From: Camelus ferus
Lineage: Eukaryota
Assembly (NCBI RefSeq): GCF_009834535.1
Contig: NC_045697.1
Span: forward strand, 44,580,001 to 44,644,000
DNA: 64,000 nt
Direction of reading: 5' to 3'
A model generated the notes under the pieces. That model saw nothing but the letters and a program-made list of their open reading frames with translations, made no database searches and was not told the DNA's origin. This document shows positions 38,286 to 51,139 of the stretch, piece after piece. Within the stretch, counting starts at the first letter, position 1. The number at the start of each line of letters is the position of its first letter. The position numbers and the translations under genes are program-made.

Positions 38286-38699
38286 CTTTTATGGGCCACC
38301 CCTGTCTTCAGGATTATTCCAGTTTCTTATAGTTCTTTCTAACTTCCCTCCCTGTGAGAATCTCCAGATATTCTTTGGCAAACCTTGCACATATCTGTAG
38401 GGCTTGATCTCATCCTAGGAACCATTCCTCTTCCCTCTTTCCTCTGGGAGTTTTTTTTCCCAAGACTGAGTGCTTAGTCCTGAAGTAATGGTACCTACCC
38501 CACCAGGGGAGATGTGATGGTAGATCTGAACACAATAGAACTGTCAGATGGAGTTGGGCATTTTGGTAATCCAGGTCTCACACTGTGGTCTGAATGGACA
38601 GGGGTTCTTCCTTTTGTGTCCTCATCAAGATCTTAAAACAGTATGAGTTGTTACTCCTACTTCTTCTCCCAAATTCACACACATACTTCTTTTTTGGGC

Positions 38700-39060
38700 A
38701 AAAAACAGAATCCATAGAAACAGAGTAGATTGGTAGCTGCCAGGGGCGGGGGTGGGCTGGGAGAAGTGGGAGAAGATGGTCAAAGGGTACAGACTTCCAG
38801 TTACAATATGAATAAGTTCTGGGAATCTAACGTACAGCATAGTGGCTGCAGTTAACAATACTGTATTGGGTACTTAAAGTTGCTGAGTAGATTTTAAAAG
38901 TTCTCATCACACCCACTAAAAGTAACTATGTGAGGTGTTAACTAATCTTATTGTGGCAATTATTTTTCAATATATGTATGTCAGATTATCATGTTGTATA
39001 TCTTAAGCTTATAAAATGTTGTATTGTCAGTTACATCTCAGTAAAGCTGGGGAGAAGAAA
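38700..39060 (+). mobile_element. L1MA-type 3'UTR
   Basis: catagaaacagagtagattggtagctgccagggg...ggtcaaagggtacagacttccagttac...tcagttacatctcagtaaagctgggg. Confidence 0.85.
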
Positions 39061-39139
39061 GCAATGTCTTCTTTCAGTTCATGGTTTACTTTTTCACTTT
39101 ATTTTTTGACATATAGGGTTTAAAATTGAAAACAATTCT

Positions 39140-39335
39140 TATTTCTTATTTAAGTGCAGTCAATTTACAATGTTAGTTTCAGGCATACAGCAAAGCTATT
39201 CAGTTATACACACGTATACATATATTTTCAGCGTCTTTTCCATTACAGCTCATTACAAGAAATTGAATATAGTTCCCTGTGCTATACAGTAGGTCCATGG
39301 TATTTATTTTATATACAGTAATGTGTATCTGTTAA
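39140..39335 (-). mobile_element. L1 3' terminal fragment
   Basis: Same 3'UTR type as 8200-8758 (aagaaattgaatatagttccctgtgctatacagtaggtcc). Confidence 0.8.
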
Positions 39336-39607
39336 TTAGGTTTTCAAATTTTAATGTAATAGAATTTATTAATCTTTTTCTTAATAGTTTTACATTTTCC
39401 TGTCTTATTTAAGAAATCCTTTCCTAACCTCAGTCACAATAACATACTACTACATTTCCCTGCAGAAATTTTAGAGTTTTTTTCATGTTTACGTCTTTTA
39501 ATCCGTGTGGTTTTTAGTTTTTGTACAATATGAAGTAGGGATCTAAATTATATATATATTTCCATTTGAAATCATTGTTTACATATTATTTAATTTAATT
39601 ATAATAC

Positions 39608-40259
39608 TGTTACTGAATCAAACTTGGGTCTGCTCACTTGTGTGCAATTAAGCCAATCTACTGACACTGGGTCATGGTGAAGGAAAGTACAGCATTTATT
39701 CGAAGGCATCCAACATGGGGCCACACAAGGAGAATGGGCAGCACATGCTCAAAAGCCTGGAACTCACTGAAGGCTTTCAGGGAAGGGTTTTAAAGGCAAG
39801 GTGACGGAGAAGGTCACAGGGTGTGTGATCAGCTTGTGAACATCCTTCTCATTGGTTGGTGGTGAGGTAACGGGGTGGTATTTTGGAAATGTTATCAGTT
39901 TTTTGACTCCAGCCTGGCTAGGGTCTACATGCTGGTGGTCAGCATGCAGTTAACTTCTTCCACCTGGTGGAGGTTTTAGTATCTGCAAAACAACTCAAGG
40001 ATGTGGCTCAGGGTATTATCTGTAGCCCTTGAGGAGGAACTAAAGGTCCTTGACTTTGTTTTATGGCTAAACTATTATTATTTTGTCTTGCTTGACTGTT
40101 TTCCTTTGTTTCTGTATTTTCTCAGTTCTCTGATTAAGTTCACTCCTTGGAAATCAGGGAAGGCCTAGGAGGCTAAAGGTTTTCTACAAATAAGAGGCAG
40201 GCAAGGGACATGTGGAGGTCTGTCCCCAGGAAGGCCCCACCTGGTCCAGTTAGCTTTCA
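39608..40259 (-). mobile_element. ERV1-class solo LTR
   Basis: TG...CA termini, a 4-bp TSD ATAC at 39604-39607 and 40260-40263, and a minus-strand AATAAA at 39695-39700. Confidence 0.8.
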
Positions 40260-40273
40260 ATACCACCTTTGTT

Positions 40274-40276
<3 letters not shown>

Positions 40277-40308
<32 letters not shown>
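40277..40308. repeat. (GT)n microsatellite
   Basis: Pure GT run of about 16 units. Confidence 0.95.
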
Positions 40309-40310
<2 letters not shown>

Positions 40311-41451
40311 TAAAACTTTTGCCAAATTTTATTTAAGATAGATCATACTATTTCCTTGTATGCTGCATCATATTTTATTTAACCATTCCCATATTGTTGG
40401 ACATTTAGTTTATTTCCATGTTTTCTTATTATAAATAATAGTACCATAATGAACATCTTTGTGCATAAAGTTTTTTCCATCTTTAGGATGACTACACTAG
40501 AATATATTCTCAGAAATGGAATATGATTAATAATTTGATTTCCAAAAGAATTTTACATTTTCACCAGGAATATTTAAGAATTTACATTTAACTAGATCTT
40601 CATTGGCACTGGGTACTCTCATTTTTAAATTAAAGAAAAGCTCATCCTACTTAATAATTTTGCGTCTAGCCAGTCCTGAAAAGATGCTATTTTCTAAAGA
40701 CACTGAGCAATCTTCCTAAATATTGAGGAAGGAGTGGGCTGCCAATAATTGTTTGCATGGGGATGGCATTTGAAGGAGGGAGAGAAGAGGGTCTTAAAAA
40801 ATTAATTCCGAAGTTGCTTTTTTGACTTGGTGTCAGGAATGAGGATATTTCTGTTGGCTTCACTAACAGTACCCTCATTTTTTCCTCAGGTCCCCTGATT
40901 CCATATGCAGATTTTAGAATATAGTAGTTTTTTGACAGACTATTTAAATCCCAGTGAGGTGGAACAGTATTCAGATTGTTTATAATGACTATCATCAGTG
41001 GCAAATTAGTTTAGCCTGTCTCAGTTTATTCTCTTTGACAGCTTCATGTTTATTTCGCACTATAGAGGCTGAAAAAGAAAACACATATTAAGGAGAAGTT
41101 GTTTTATTGTCATTTAATTTTATGAATAATAACACGATCAAGGATGTGTTTAGGACCCTGTCCCAGCCACAAAAGGAAATTGGACCTGAAAGATTAAACC
41201 AATTAGACCTTTTTAGTAGGTTTGCTTTACTATTTTTTCTCACATACTAGTTTCTTTTTTTTTTTTATTGAGTTCTATCAAATTTATATTTTTCTAGCAA
41301 TGGAAACTTAGGAAATAGACAAGTCATGGTAATTGCAAACATTCATGATGATTTCGCCTTTGGAATGTACTGTATGGGATACCACATCTTCTCGCCATGA
41401 GTTTGACAAATGACGTGCTTTTACCTTTTATTACAATGTAAAAGTTAGGAA

Positions 41452-42345
41452 TACAGTGGGTCTCCAAAACTCATTCATCTTGCATAATTGAAAAATTGTA
41501 CCCTTTGACCAACATCTCCCATTCCCTCTCTCCCTCACCCCAGCACTTTCTACTCTTTGCTTCTGTGAGTTTGAGTATTTTAGATTCCACATATAAATGA
41601 GATCCATGCAATATTTGATTTTCTGTGTCTGCCTTTTTTCACTTAGCGCAATATCTTCCAGGTGCATTCTTGTTGCAAATGGCAGGATTTTCTTCTTTCT
41701 AAGGGCCAAATAACATTTCACACTTATATGTACCATATTTTCTTTATCTGTTCATCCATTGACAGATATTCAGATTGTTTCCATATCTTGGTTATTGTGA
41801 ATAATGCTTCAATTAACATGGGAGTGCAGATATCTTGTTGAGATAGTGATTTTATTTCTTTCAGATGTATATCCAGAAGTGGGATTGCATATGGCAATTT
41901 AATTTTTAATTTTTTGAGGCACCTCCATACTGTTTTGCATAGTGGCTGCACCAATTTATATTCCCATCAGCAGTGTACGAAGGTTCCCTTTTCTCCACAC
42001 CCTAACTGACCCTTGTTATCTCTTGTCTTTTGGATAATAGCTTTCCTAACACATGAGAGTTGTCTCATTGGAACAGCATGGTAACTGCAGTTAACAATAC
42101 TGTGTTGTATACCTGAAGTTTGCCGAGAGAGTAGATCCTATGTGTTCTTGCTATTGAAAAAAAGGGAGAAAGGAAGAGAGAAAAACAATGACTAAGTGAG
42201 GTGATGGCTATGTGATAGCTTGATTATGGTGACCATTTCACAATGTCTGCAATGCTTTGATATCAAAACAGCAAGTTGTACACCTTAAATATATATAGTT
42301 CCTATGTGTCAATTATAATTTGATAAAACTGAAAAAAATTAAAAA
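41452..42345 (+). mobile_element. 5'-inverted L1MA-type element
   Basis: 41452-42070 is antisense L1 (ORFs 41431-41736 and 41724-41954 are the ORF2p C-terminus). 42071-42345 is the sense 3' terminus with an A-rich tail. Confidence 0.85.
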
Positions 42346-42699
42346 TCAAGTTAAAAAAGGTCAAGAATAATTTTTATTGTATCTACATATTTTCCTCTCA
42401 ATCGTCTACTTAGGTCCTACACCTTCTACGAGCTATTCCAACAGATACAGTTCTAGGTCCGTCTATTTCATCCCTTCTAGACTGTCTCTAATTAGTGCGA
42501 GGCAATATTGGTATTTGTATAAGTAGAACACAATAGGAAAGAGAAATCTATTCATAGAGAGCATGTATAATTTTCTTCCAAAAATCTGGTTCCACCAAGA
42601 GAATGTGGGTATATCTCCCTGGGGATGGACAGTCACCGACACTGGAAGACAACCACTCACTAGACCCATGGGCATGAGAGGAAGTCTAGTGAAGAGATT

Positions 42700-42900
42700 A
42701 GGGAAAGAGCTGCCTAATCAGACTGTCTAGGTCTGTAACTTGGCACCACGACATACCAGCTGTATGATCCTAATCAAGTTTCTTAATCTTTCTGAGCCTC
42801 AGTTTCCTCATCTATAAAATGAAATTGTAAAGATTAAATGAGTTAGCATATGTAAATTGTTTGACACATGTAGATACTCTGTAAATGTTGGCTGTTATGG
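42700..42900 (+). mobile_element. MIR SINE
   Basis: caagtttcttaatctttctgagcctcagtttcctcatctataaaatg. Confidence 0.8.
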
Positions 42901-43449
42901 GCTTACATCTGGAACCCCGAGTAAAGTCCAAAGGCAGGGAACACATTGGGCCTCAGGGAGATCCCTTGGGCCTCATTCTGTTCTGAAAATGAATTACATG
43001 CTGATGTCAGAGGTTGAGCTCCCTGGGAGCAGCCTCTGAGATGGAGATTGGCATGTTAGTTAGGGACTCTTTTTGAGATCATCACCTGGGAAGAGAATGA
43101 TGCAGAGGTTGGGCAGATGTAGTTTTTATTTTCCTGATTAGACTTTTACTGATACCTTCTCCCTCCAGTAGTTAGCAAGAAAACTCAATGAGGGTAGGGG
43201 CTATATTTGTTTTTGCAAGGAATTTCAACAGCACTACAGCCATTCTCAGTCCTGGACTCACCGTCACCACCCAAACTCTTCTATGAAATCTCAGATGCTA
43301 ACAACACAATTCTGATGACAATTTCAATCTTTCTGATACACTCACTCTTTTACTTTCACTGCGGTTCAAAAGCAGTGTAGCCAATGCAGAATTTATATGT
43401 TTGTCTTCTTATAGCAACCTTTAATTGGAAGTAATATAATACAGTGGAT

Positions 43450-43602
43450 TTCCTCTCCTTTCTTCCCTCCCTCCCTCCCTTCCATTTCCCTCCTGCTCAT
43501 CTTCTTCTTTCTCGTCTTCCTCTTCCTACTCCTCCTCATCCTCCTCCTGCTCTGTCACCCCCTCCTCCTTCTTCTCCTTCCTTTCCCTACCCCCTTTCTT
43601 TT
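43450..43602. repeat. CT-rich low-complexity polypyrimidine tract
   Basis: About 150 bp of near-pure pyrimidines with CCT/CTT units. Confidence 0.85.
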
Positions 43603-43664
43603 GCCATGGGTACCTGGAAGCCCAGAACCAAATCTTTCACAGGACTATGGTAACTCTGTCAATC

Positions 43665-44725
43665 ACCTATTTATTTTACTGAATACATGCTTATTTGCAT
43701 GGTTACTAGAGTGCAGGTACCAGACTTGCAAAGATGAGTAAGCTGTGACGCCTGCCCTTCAGGAATGCTAATGGAAGAAACAGACTTGTGAGTACACATG
43801 CTGGTAATAAAACCAAGTGTAGGGGTTCTGTTGGAATGCAGTGGAAAGTCTGACTAAGTCTCTGGAGGTATAGGTAAGCTATCATAAAGGGTTTGCATCT
43901 TGAAGGATGGAAAAACTTTCTTCAAGTGGATGAGGAGGGGAAGGCAATCTAAGCAGAGGGAATAGCAAGAGCACTGGTATCAAGGACTAGAAGTATCAAG
44001 GGCTAGGAGAGAGTTCTTGGGCCTTTAGAAGGTTGCAACAGCTCAGGCCTGGAGTGCTATGCGGGGAGGGGCAGATCTGAGACGGGAGGGTTGGGCCAAC
44101 CAGGTCACAAGGGCCCTATGAACTTTGCCAAGGAGTTCAGCCATCATACTGTGGCAATGGCAAAACCTTTGAAGGGTTAAAGTAGGTGGATACCATGATA
44201 CAATTTGCATTTTATACATAGAGTGCAAATGAATCAGAAATCTAAGACCAGAGGTTCTCACAATCATTTAGGCAAGAAATGATGCCAGAAATAAGGTGTG
44301 GTTGTGGGCTTGGAGATGAGGATATAGGTTAATGTATTTAAGAAGGTAAAATTGATAAGTTTTGGGTGAGTGAAGGTTCTAGAGCAGGCTGCATTGGTTT
44401 GAATCTTGGTTCGAATCTTGGTTCTCCCTCTTAGTAGTCGTGCGACCTCATGGTACTTCTTAATCTTGGTGCTTTAATTTCTTCATCATATCCTGTGGTA
44501 AAGGTTCAGTTACTTAATGCATTAAAAAAAAAACCCAACTGAGTGCAGTATTGGCATAGAGGAAATTGTATTGGGTGAGGCAGAGATGAAATTAGGATGA
44601 CACCATGTTTTGGCTTGGATGACAGGTTAACTGGTAGTCCTATTAATTTAGGAAAAAAGAACACAGAAGGAATTGTATGCTGAATGTGGGGTAGCTTGAG
44701 TTTAGTTTTGGCTTTCTGCATTTGA
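43665..44725 (-). mobile_element. L2 LINE 3' region with an embedded MIR fragment
   Basis: tttattttactgaatacatgc...cctgcccttcagga...gagggaatagcaag...atgatacaatttgcatttta. MIR at about 44375-44490. Confidence 0.7.
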
Positions 44726-44785
44726 GAGGACGTTGGTTATAAGCTGTGTAGTGACCTAAGCCAATTTGTTTTTGCATTAACTCTT

Positions 44786-45067
44786 CTTTTTCTTGTATAT
44801 ATAATATATATATTTTGTTAATGTATAGTTAGTTTATAATGTGTCAATTTCTAGTGTACAGCATAATGCTTCAGCCATACATGACTATACATATATTTGT
44901 TTTCATATTTTTTTTCACTGTAACTTACTACAAGGTATTGAATATAGTTCCCTGTGCTATACAGCATAAACTTGTTGTTTATATATTTTATATATATTAG
45001 TTAGTATCTGCAAATCTTGAACTCCCAATTTGTCCCTTCCTACCCCCTTACCCTGCTGGTAACGATA
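44786..45067 (-). mobile_element. L1 3' terminal fragment
   Basis: Same family as 62081-63439. TSD tgc(a/g)ttaactctt at 44773-44785 and 45068-45080, with a TCTT/AA nick site. Confidence 0.88.
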
Positions 45068-46569
45068 TGCGTTAACTCTTAAGTTCTTGTAGGTTGACGA
45101 TAGTAAGGACTCAAAAATCAGAGGTGGCCAAGCATCAGCTGTTCTTCGATAGGCTGGTGTCAGGTTACGTTGATGGCAAGTCCTAGGTCAATTTCTGCCA
45201 TACACACAGACTTTTGTGTTTAAGTTAAGAATCGATCATCAAGCAGGCACAAAATAAGTCACATAAACTTGTTTTTAAGGTTAACAGAGTCTTAGGACTC
45301 TGTCCTGTTAGTTGTCACGATGACATCTTCATAAAAGATTCACCTGCAGCAGGTGCATGGGGCAAATGGAGTCCGCAGTCCCAGTGGGTTGCACAGAGGA
45401 CTATTTCAGTATAAAATCTCAAGACTTGTCTGTAAAGATTCAGACTATGAGCTCTGCTATCTTCTCGTTCTTAGGAGGGAAGAGAGTGTCTCAAAAGTAT
45501 TTTATTCAATAGATATCAATGAAATACCACTAATTTCTTCATCGAGAGCTCATTTCTAATATCCTCTGGGCTATTTTATTTACCAATGAAAACTTTTTTT
45601 TAAAACGCTTATTATCCCAATTAGTAAGCCTCTGGTGCTGATGAAGGATAAGGAGAAGCACACATGAAATTTGCTGCTGGATTTGGGCTTCTTGACTAGA
45701 GCGCTAGCTGACCATGCCAAGGATTCAGATTCCTGACTAGGTCGACTGATAACACCTAAGGTGCAGCTTAAATTTACTAATGCAGATATATGTATAGCAC
45801 TGTCTATGCTGAAGCACTTTAAATTCAAGTACAAATATATCGTAATTCAAGTCCAACAGCAAATAGGGTTATATAAGCCTGGGGCTCAGGGGAAAAAAAT
45901 CTGAATTTGAAACATATTTTTGGCTGTCTTACGGTTGACATAATTTATTTCTATTTAAAGAAAAAAACCACTTCTTTCCTTTTCTCATTCTTATTTTATG
46001 AATTGTTTCTAATGTACATTTATTTTCCCCTGCGAGTCATTTTGAATCCTTTTTAACATTGGAGGGTATAAATAAATATCAATAAATAAGACTTTTCCCC
46101 TTCCATATCACTTGTTTTAAATTTCTACTAAGAAGTAGTTCTTCTGCAACTAACTTATAAAACTACGTGCAAAATATTTATTGTCCCTGCTATTTTTGTC
46201 ACTTCCTTTAAATTAATATTTTAGGTCACCTTCAGATTTGGATACACACGCATATTTTGTTGTTCTTGCAAACCTTGTTTGTTTTGCTGCTCCTATTGGA
46301 AATACCTCACAATAATGAAACTGATGCACTTTGCCATTCAACCGAGAAAAACAAGGTTTTATTCCTCATATTTTCAGGCAAGGACATAAAACTAATTTTT
46401 TTTTACTGCTTTCTTCATATAAATTATTCTCTCCCCAATTGCCAGCCCTCAATTTAAATGTCACCACTAGTTCCATGGTAGTGATGCTTTTGTATTATAT
46501 ACTGAAAGGAGCAATAAATATTTTGATTTAGAGGTATTTTAGGGATGTTTTCTTTTATAGGCTTGAAAA

Positions 46570-47850
46570 AAAATTACATTATTTTAAATAACAAACATAC
46601 AAAAAAGTGAACAAATTCTAAGTATATAGCCCAAAGAATTATCATGAAGCGAACGCACCCATATGTCCCCGACCCAGGTCAAAAAACAAAACATCACCAG
46701 CACCTCCAGAACCCCTCTTTGACATCTCCCTTTCTACTGCAGACATTTGTGTATGAGATTTTGTGTGAACAAATTCTTTCCTTTCTTTCTAGGAAATACC
46801 TTAAAGTAGAATGGCTGGGTTATATCTTAGGTATATGCTTAATAAAGTGACAAACTATTTTCCAAAATGGTTGTACCATTTTACATTCCCAGTAGAAGTA
46901 AATGAGAGTTCCAGTTGCTTGACATTTTCTCCAAAACTTCTTTTGGGTTCTTAAATCCAATTTCAACTTGGGATGAGGCATTTCTCCCACACCACCAAGC
47001 AATTCCCAGACTCCAGCTGGATATCTTACAATTCAACTTAATTCTGATACCATCTTCCTAGAGATAGCATAGATTCCACAGGTTAAGAGCTCAGTCTTAC
47101 TAGACTGCACTGCCCCCACCCCTGCCCCAGTTCAGATGCCACTGGAAAGCCCACGTTGTCCGCTGTGCTTCTGACCTACCAGCTATAGATTGGAGGTTCC
47201 AACAACTCCCTCCTTGGGTTCTATTAATTTGTAAGCTTGGCTCCCAGAAGTCAGAGAAACATTTCACTTACTCAGGTAATCTATTACTGGTTTATTATGA
47301 AAAGCTGTAACTCAGGAACAGCCAGACAGAAGAGGTGCACAGGGTAAGGTATGTGGGAAGGGGCATGGAGCTTCCATGCCTCCCTAGGCATACCGCTTTC
47401 ACTGCATGTTCACATGTTCATCAACCTGGAGGCTCTTCGAATCCATCCTTCTTGGTTTTTATGATGGCTTCAGTACATAGGCATGATTGATTAGATCATT
47501 GGCCATTGGCGATTGATTAACCCCCCCCCCCCCCACCTCAGGTCAAGGGGGTGGGATAGAAAGTTTCAACCCTCTAATCACATAATTGGTTCTCCTGGCA
47601 ACCAACCCCCATCCTTAGGTTTGGTCTCAAAGTTACCTCATTAATGTAGCAAAAGACACCTTTATCACTCTCATCACTTAGGAAATTCCAGGGGTTTTAG
47701 AAGCTCTTGCTAGAATCCCTGGAATGAAGACCAAATATATATTTCTTATTATAGATCATAATATCACAACTTGGTATGGGCAGTCTTCTTAAGTTTTTGA
47801 CATTCTACTATATGTGTTATGGTATCTCAATGTGATTTTAATCTCATTGT
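46570..47850 (-). mobile_element. Old L1M fragment split by a MER21-like LTR
   Basis: L1 motifs (ttccaaaatggttgtaccattttacattcccag) before 46940 resume after 47770 (ggtatctcaatgtgattttaat). Confidence 0.7.
46945..47768 (-). mobile_element. MER21-like LTR
   Basis: The minus strand begins TGTGATATTATGATCTATAATAAGAAATATATATTTGGTCTTC. It contains caattcaacttaattctgatacc and ggcatgattgattagatcattggccattgg. Confidence 0.8.
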
Positions 47851-47879
47851 GATATCTTGTTAGATGTCATCTCACATGG

Positions 47880-49335
47880 AGGGAGCTGCCAGCTAAGGAG
47901 CTAGCTTAGGGACAAGATCTTGTGAAGTTTGGATGCTGTCCTCCAGGGTGTGGTATATACATGAAATCAACATCTGATATAGTACAATGACCCCAGAAGC
48001 TGAACTGGTCTCTTTTGTCATCAGTCCCAGTGACTGGCTTTTGGGATTTGTGCATCTTATCCTCACAGCCTTAGGCTCTGCCACAGTTGGGATATGATTC
48101 TAAGTTCTGATTCAGGGTTAAGAACACTTCTGCCAGAGACAGTATGGGTTCCACTGAATTTTGCAGAACTACCATAGGAGGCCCTTTGCCAGTATAAGAA
48201 GAGCTATAATGGTGAGGAAGGCCTAGTGGACTGTTCTAAGACTGTCCCGTTACCCGTGGACAAGTTAGTAAGTCAAAAGCAATCTCACATCTTGGGCATT
48301 AGGGAAGAAATTAATGCCATGCTTTAAGACCTAAAAGATGAAGAGGCGATAGCATCCACCGTATTTCTATTTGATTCACCAGTTTGGCCCCTACAGAAAC
48401 CAGATGGAATTCGTGGATGGCAATAGGCAAACTACCACAAATTAACCAGGTAATATCTCCAGTTGAAGCTGCTGTTCCAGATAATGGAACCTTTTCTAGA
48501 GCAGGTGAAAAAAGCTTCAGATACATAATGGCCACTGATCTGGCAAATATTCTTTCTAATTCTTCTCAGGGAGAATCAGAAGTAGTTTGCATGCGCATGG
48601 GTTAGACAACAGGGTGGTCTTGACCCAAGGATACATTAATTCCCCTATGTTTAGCCCTGACACTTGTTGGATTACTGATGAGTCTACCCAACTCATGACT
48701 TGGTGGATCTGACAGAACCCAGGTCAGGATGGGTGACTCAGGCTGCATGCTCACATGACACAGATGGAGCTTCTGACTGAGGAGCATTATGTAACTATGA
48801 GAGATGAACTGAGTGGGAGGTACCAGTGCAACAGTGGTGAATGATATGGATGTTTGGGCCACCTGCTTATGTAGTTTACTTGTGCCCTTTGGCCCTGTTC
48901 ATGCCTGGCCAAATGTACCACTTCCATCTTATAATGGATTACTGTGGTCCTGATCAAACCAGTTTATACCTCATGAAGGGTTCATTATGACCAGCTGATG
49001 AAGAGGGAAAGAGGCTAAATTTGGTTCATGGGTGGGTCAGTTGACTATGTGGGTATAAGCCCAAAATGGACTGCAGTGACACCATAGCCCCATTTGGAGG
49101 AGCCCAGAAAGGTAGTTGTGAGAGGAAATCATGCTGATTGGCAGAGCTTTGGTCAGTGCCTCTGATCATTTAATTTGGGGAAAAAAAAGTGACCTGAGGC
49201 AAGCCTACAGATTCATGGACAATGATGGGTAGCTTGGATGGTTGGTCAGGGGTCTAGAAGAAGACATACTGAAAGATAAGACACAAGAATTTCTGGAGAA
49301 GAGGCATATAAATGGATCTATGGAATTGGGCATAC
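47880..49335 (+). mobile_element. Rearranged ERV-L pol relic (IN C-terminus, RT, inverted connection block, RNase H)
   Basis: Plus strand: DLKD...FDSPVWPLQKPDG, NQVISPVEAAVPD, ATDLAN and LTQGYINSP (RT); YDQL...WF, AEL and TDSW...GWSG (RNase H). Minus strand: MQPESPILTWVLSDPPSHELG and SIIRWKWYI. Confidence 0.85.
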
Positions 49336-51139
49336 GTTTTCATGACTGAACTATGTATCACCTTTTTAATGTCCCCAGTTCCCTTTCAAATTCATCCCAA
49401 ACATAGGATGTTGAAAGAAACAGGGTTTATGAACTGAGTGAGCTGGGATCTAGAAACTATGCTTTGTAAGTTTAAATCTTAAGTGCTTTGGATTTTTTTT
49501 ATCTCATTTGGAAAGTAACTCTAGCTTCTCTGATATGGCGACAAATGAAATAGGTTTTGGTTTTATACACATTTGAATCAGAATATCAAAGAGGAAAGAT
49601 CATTCCTCTGAAAGTGGGAGGGTTGAACGCAAGGTGGAATTGGAGTAAGAGGTCTTTCAGCAAGAGACAGATGAAACTGAAGGGGGAATAAACAAACAGC
49701 CTTCCCACACATCTACAACTCCTCACTCAGAAAATTTCCTTCGAGAGCTGGTTTTTGCTCATTCATTAGAAAGGTTTGTTGTTTCATGTAATTTCTCTCA
49801 TCTGATAGACAGAGCTTGCTGTGGATCATAAGATCATTACTTACTGTCATCTGTATCATTTTACTCTGTCATCATCACTTGTCTGTTGTATTATCCTCCT
49901 TACTCTTTGTGCCACATGTACCACCAAACCAAGGGAAATTGAGCTGATTAATATTCTTCTTGCTTCGATGAATAGAAAGAACACTTGGGTTGTTTTTTTT
50001 TTTTTTTGACTGGGGAAACGGTAAAATTTATGTAGAAAGCATCAATTCTCCAGAGATACATGAGCAAGCCAGAAGTTAATTTTTTTCTTTTCATATAACT
50101 AGAGTGACAAATAACTGGGTAAATGGCTGGGAAATGAAATGAAATTTTCAAAGTGGACGCCAATGGAAGAATTTTAATGTCACAGCTTATCACAATATGG
50201 ATATATCAACTATAGTATTTGGACAAATATGGTTAGAAAGAAAACAAGATGATTTCTTATTTTATGGGGCAGAAAATGCACTGAGTTTTTTTTTTTTTCT
50301 TCATTTGGTAATATCTGTGGTCTCTTTTCTAGGAAGTGTTTCTGTATTTAGTGATGTGTGTGTATGCATGCAGACTTACACATTACTTCTGATTACCCTG
50401 GTTACTTATGACTTCTCATATGTGGGTTATTATCATTTTGTAGTTTATATATGCACATTATATTGAATATTTCTTTAGTGTCTATGAGAAAATAAATCAT
50501 TGGTATGAGAAAACACTGGCATTACAAGGTATTCATCTGGAATTATTCAACCTTTCACAAGCAAATGAGAAAGATTATAGGATTAGACCAAATCCTGGAT
50601 TCCTTTTCCTCTGTGCCCATCTGTATTCATTAGAGTTGAAAGATAGACAAATGAAACTATTGGTAGCTCAGTCTTTAAAGCTTTATTACAATTTAAAAGC
50701 ATTAAAAAAGAGAGAAAATGGAAAAATCTTATCAAAGGTTGGAAATGATCATCATACTGAATAGCTGAATTTTCCAGCTTAATGACAGTGAAAAATGAAG
50801 ATAGGTGTTGTAAAGATATGACTTCACTATTGGTATCACTCAGTATTCTCAATTCCAAAGAATTGAGCATAAAGCTTTTAAAAGCCTCTGTCAGAATATA
50901 GAACTGACAACTGGGCACATCACTGGAGGAAATGAGACGGGTCAGTGATTTTCAATTCTGTATAAACTACATAGGACAAACCTTGGCTAAAACTCACACC
51001 AGAATCCAAAACTCCTCTGGACTGTTGCTCTGGCTATTGTTACACTTCTTGGACCCCAGGAATGTGGGTGGAGAAAAGGAAAGGCTGGAGAGGACGAAGC
51101 TGCCACATGAAATGCAGAAGATATATTGCTAGTTTTTTC

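Noticed and set aside
43444..43653. Proline-rich ORF
   Set aside because: It is the translation of a CT-rich low-complexity tract.
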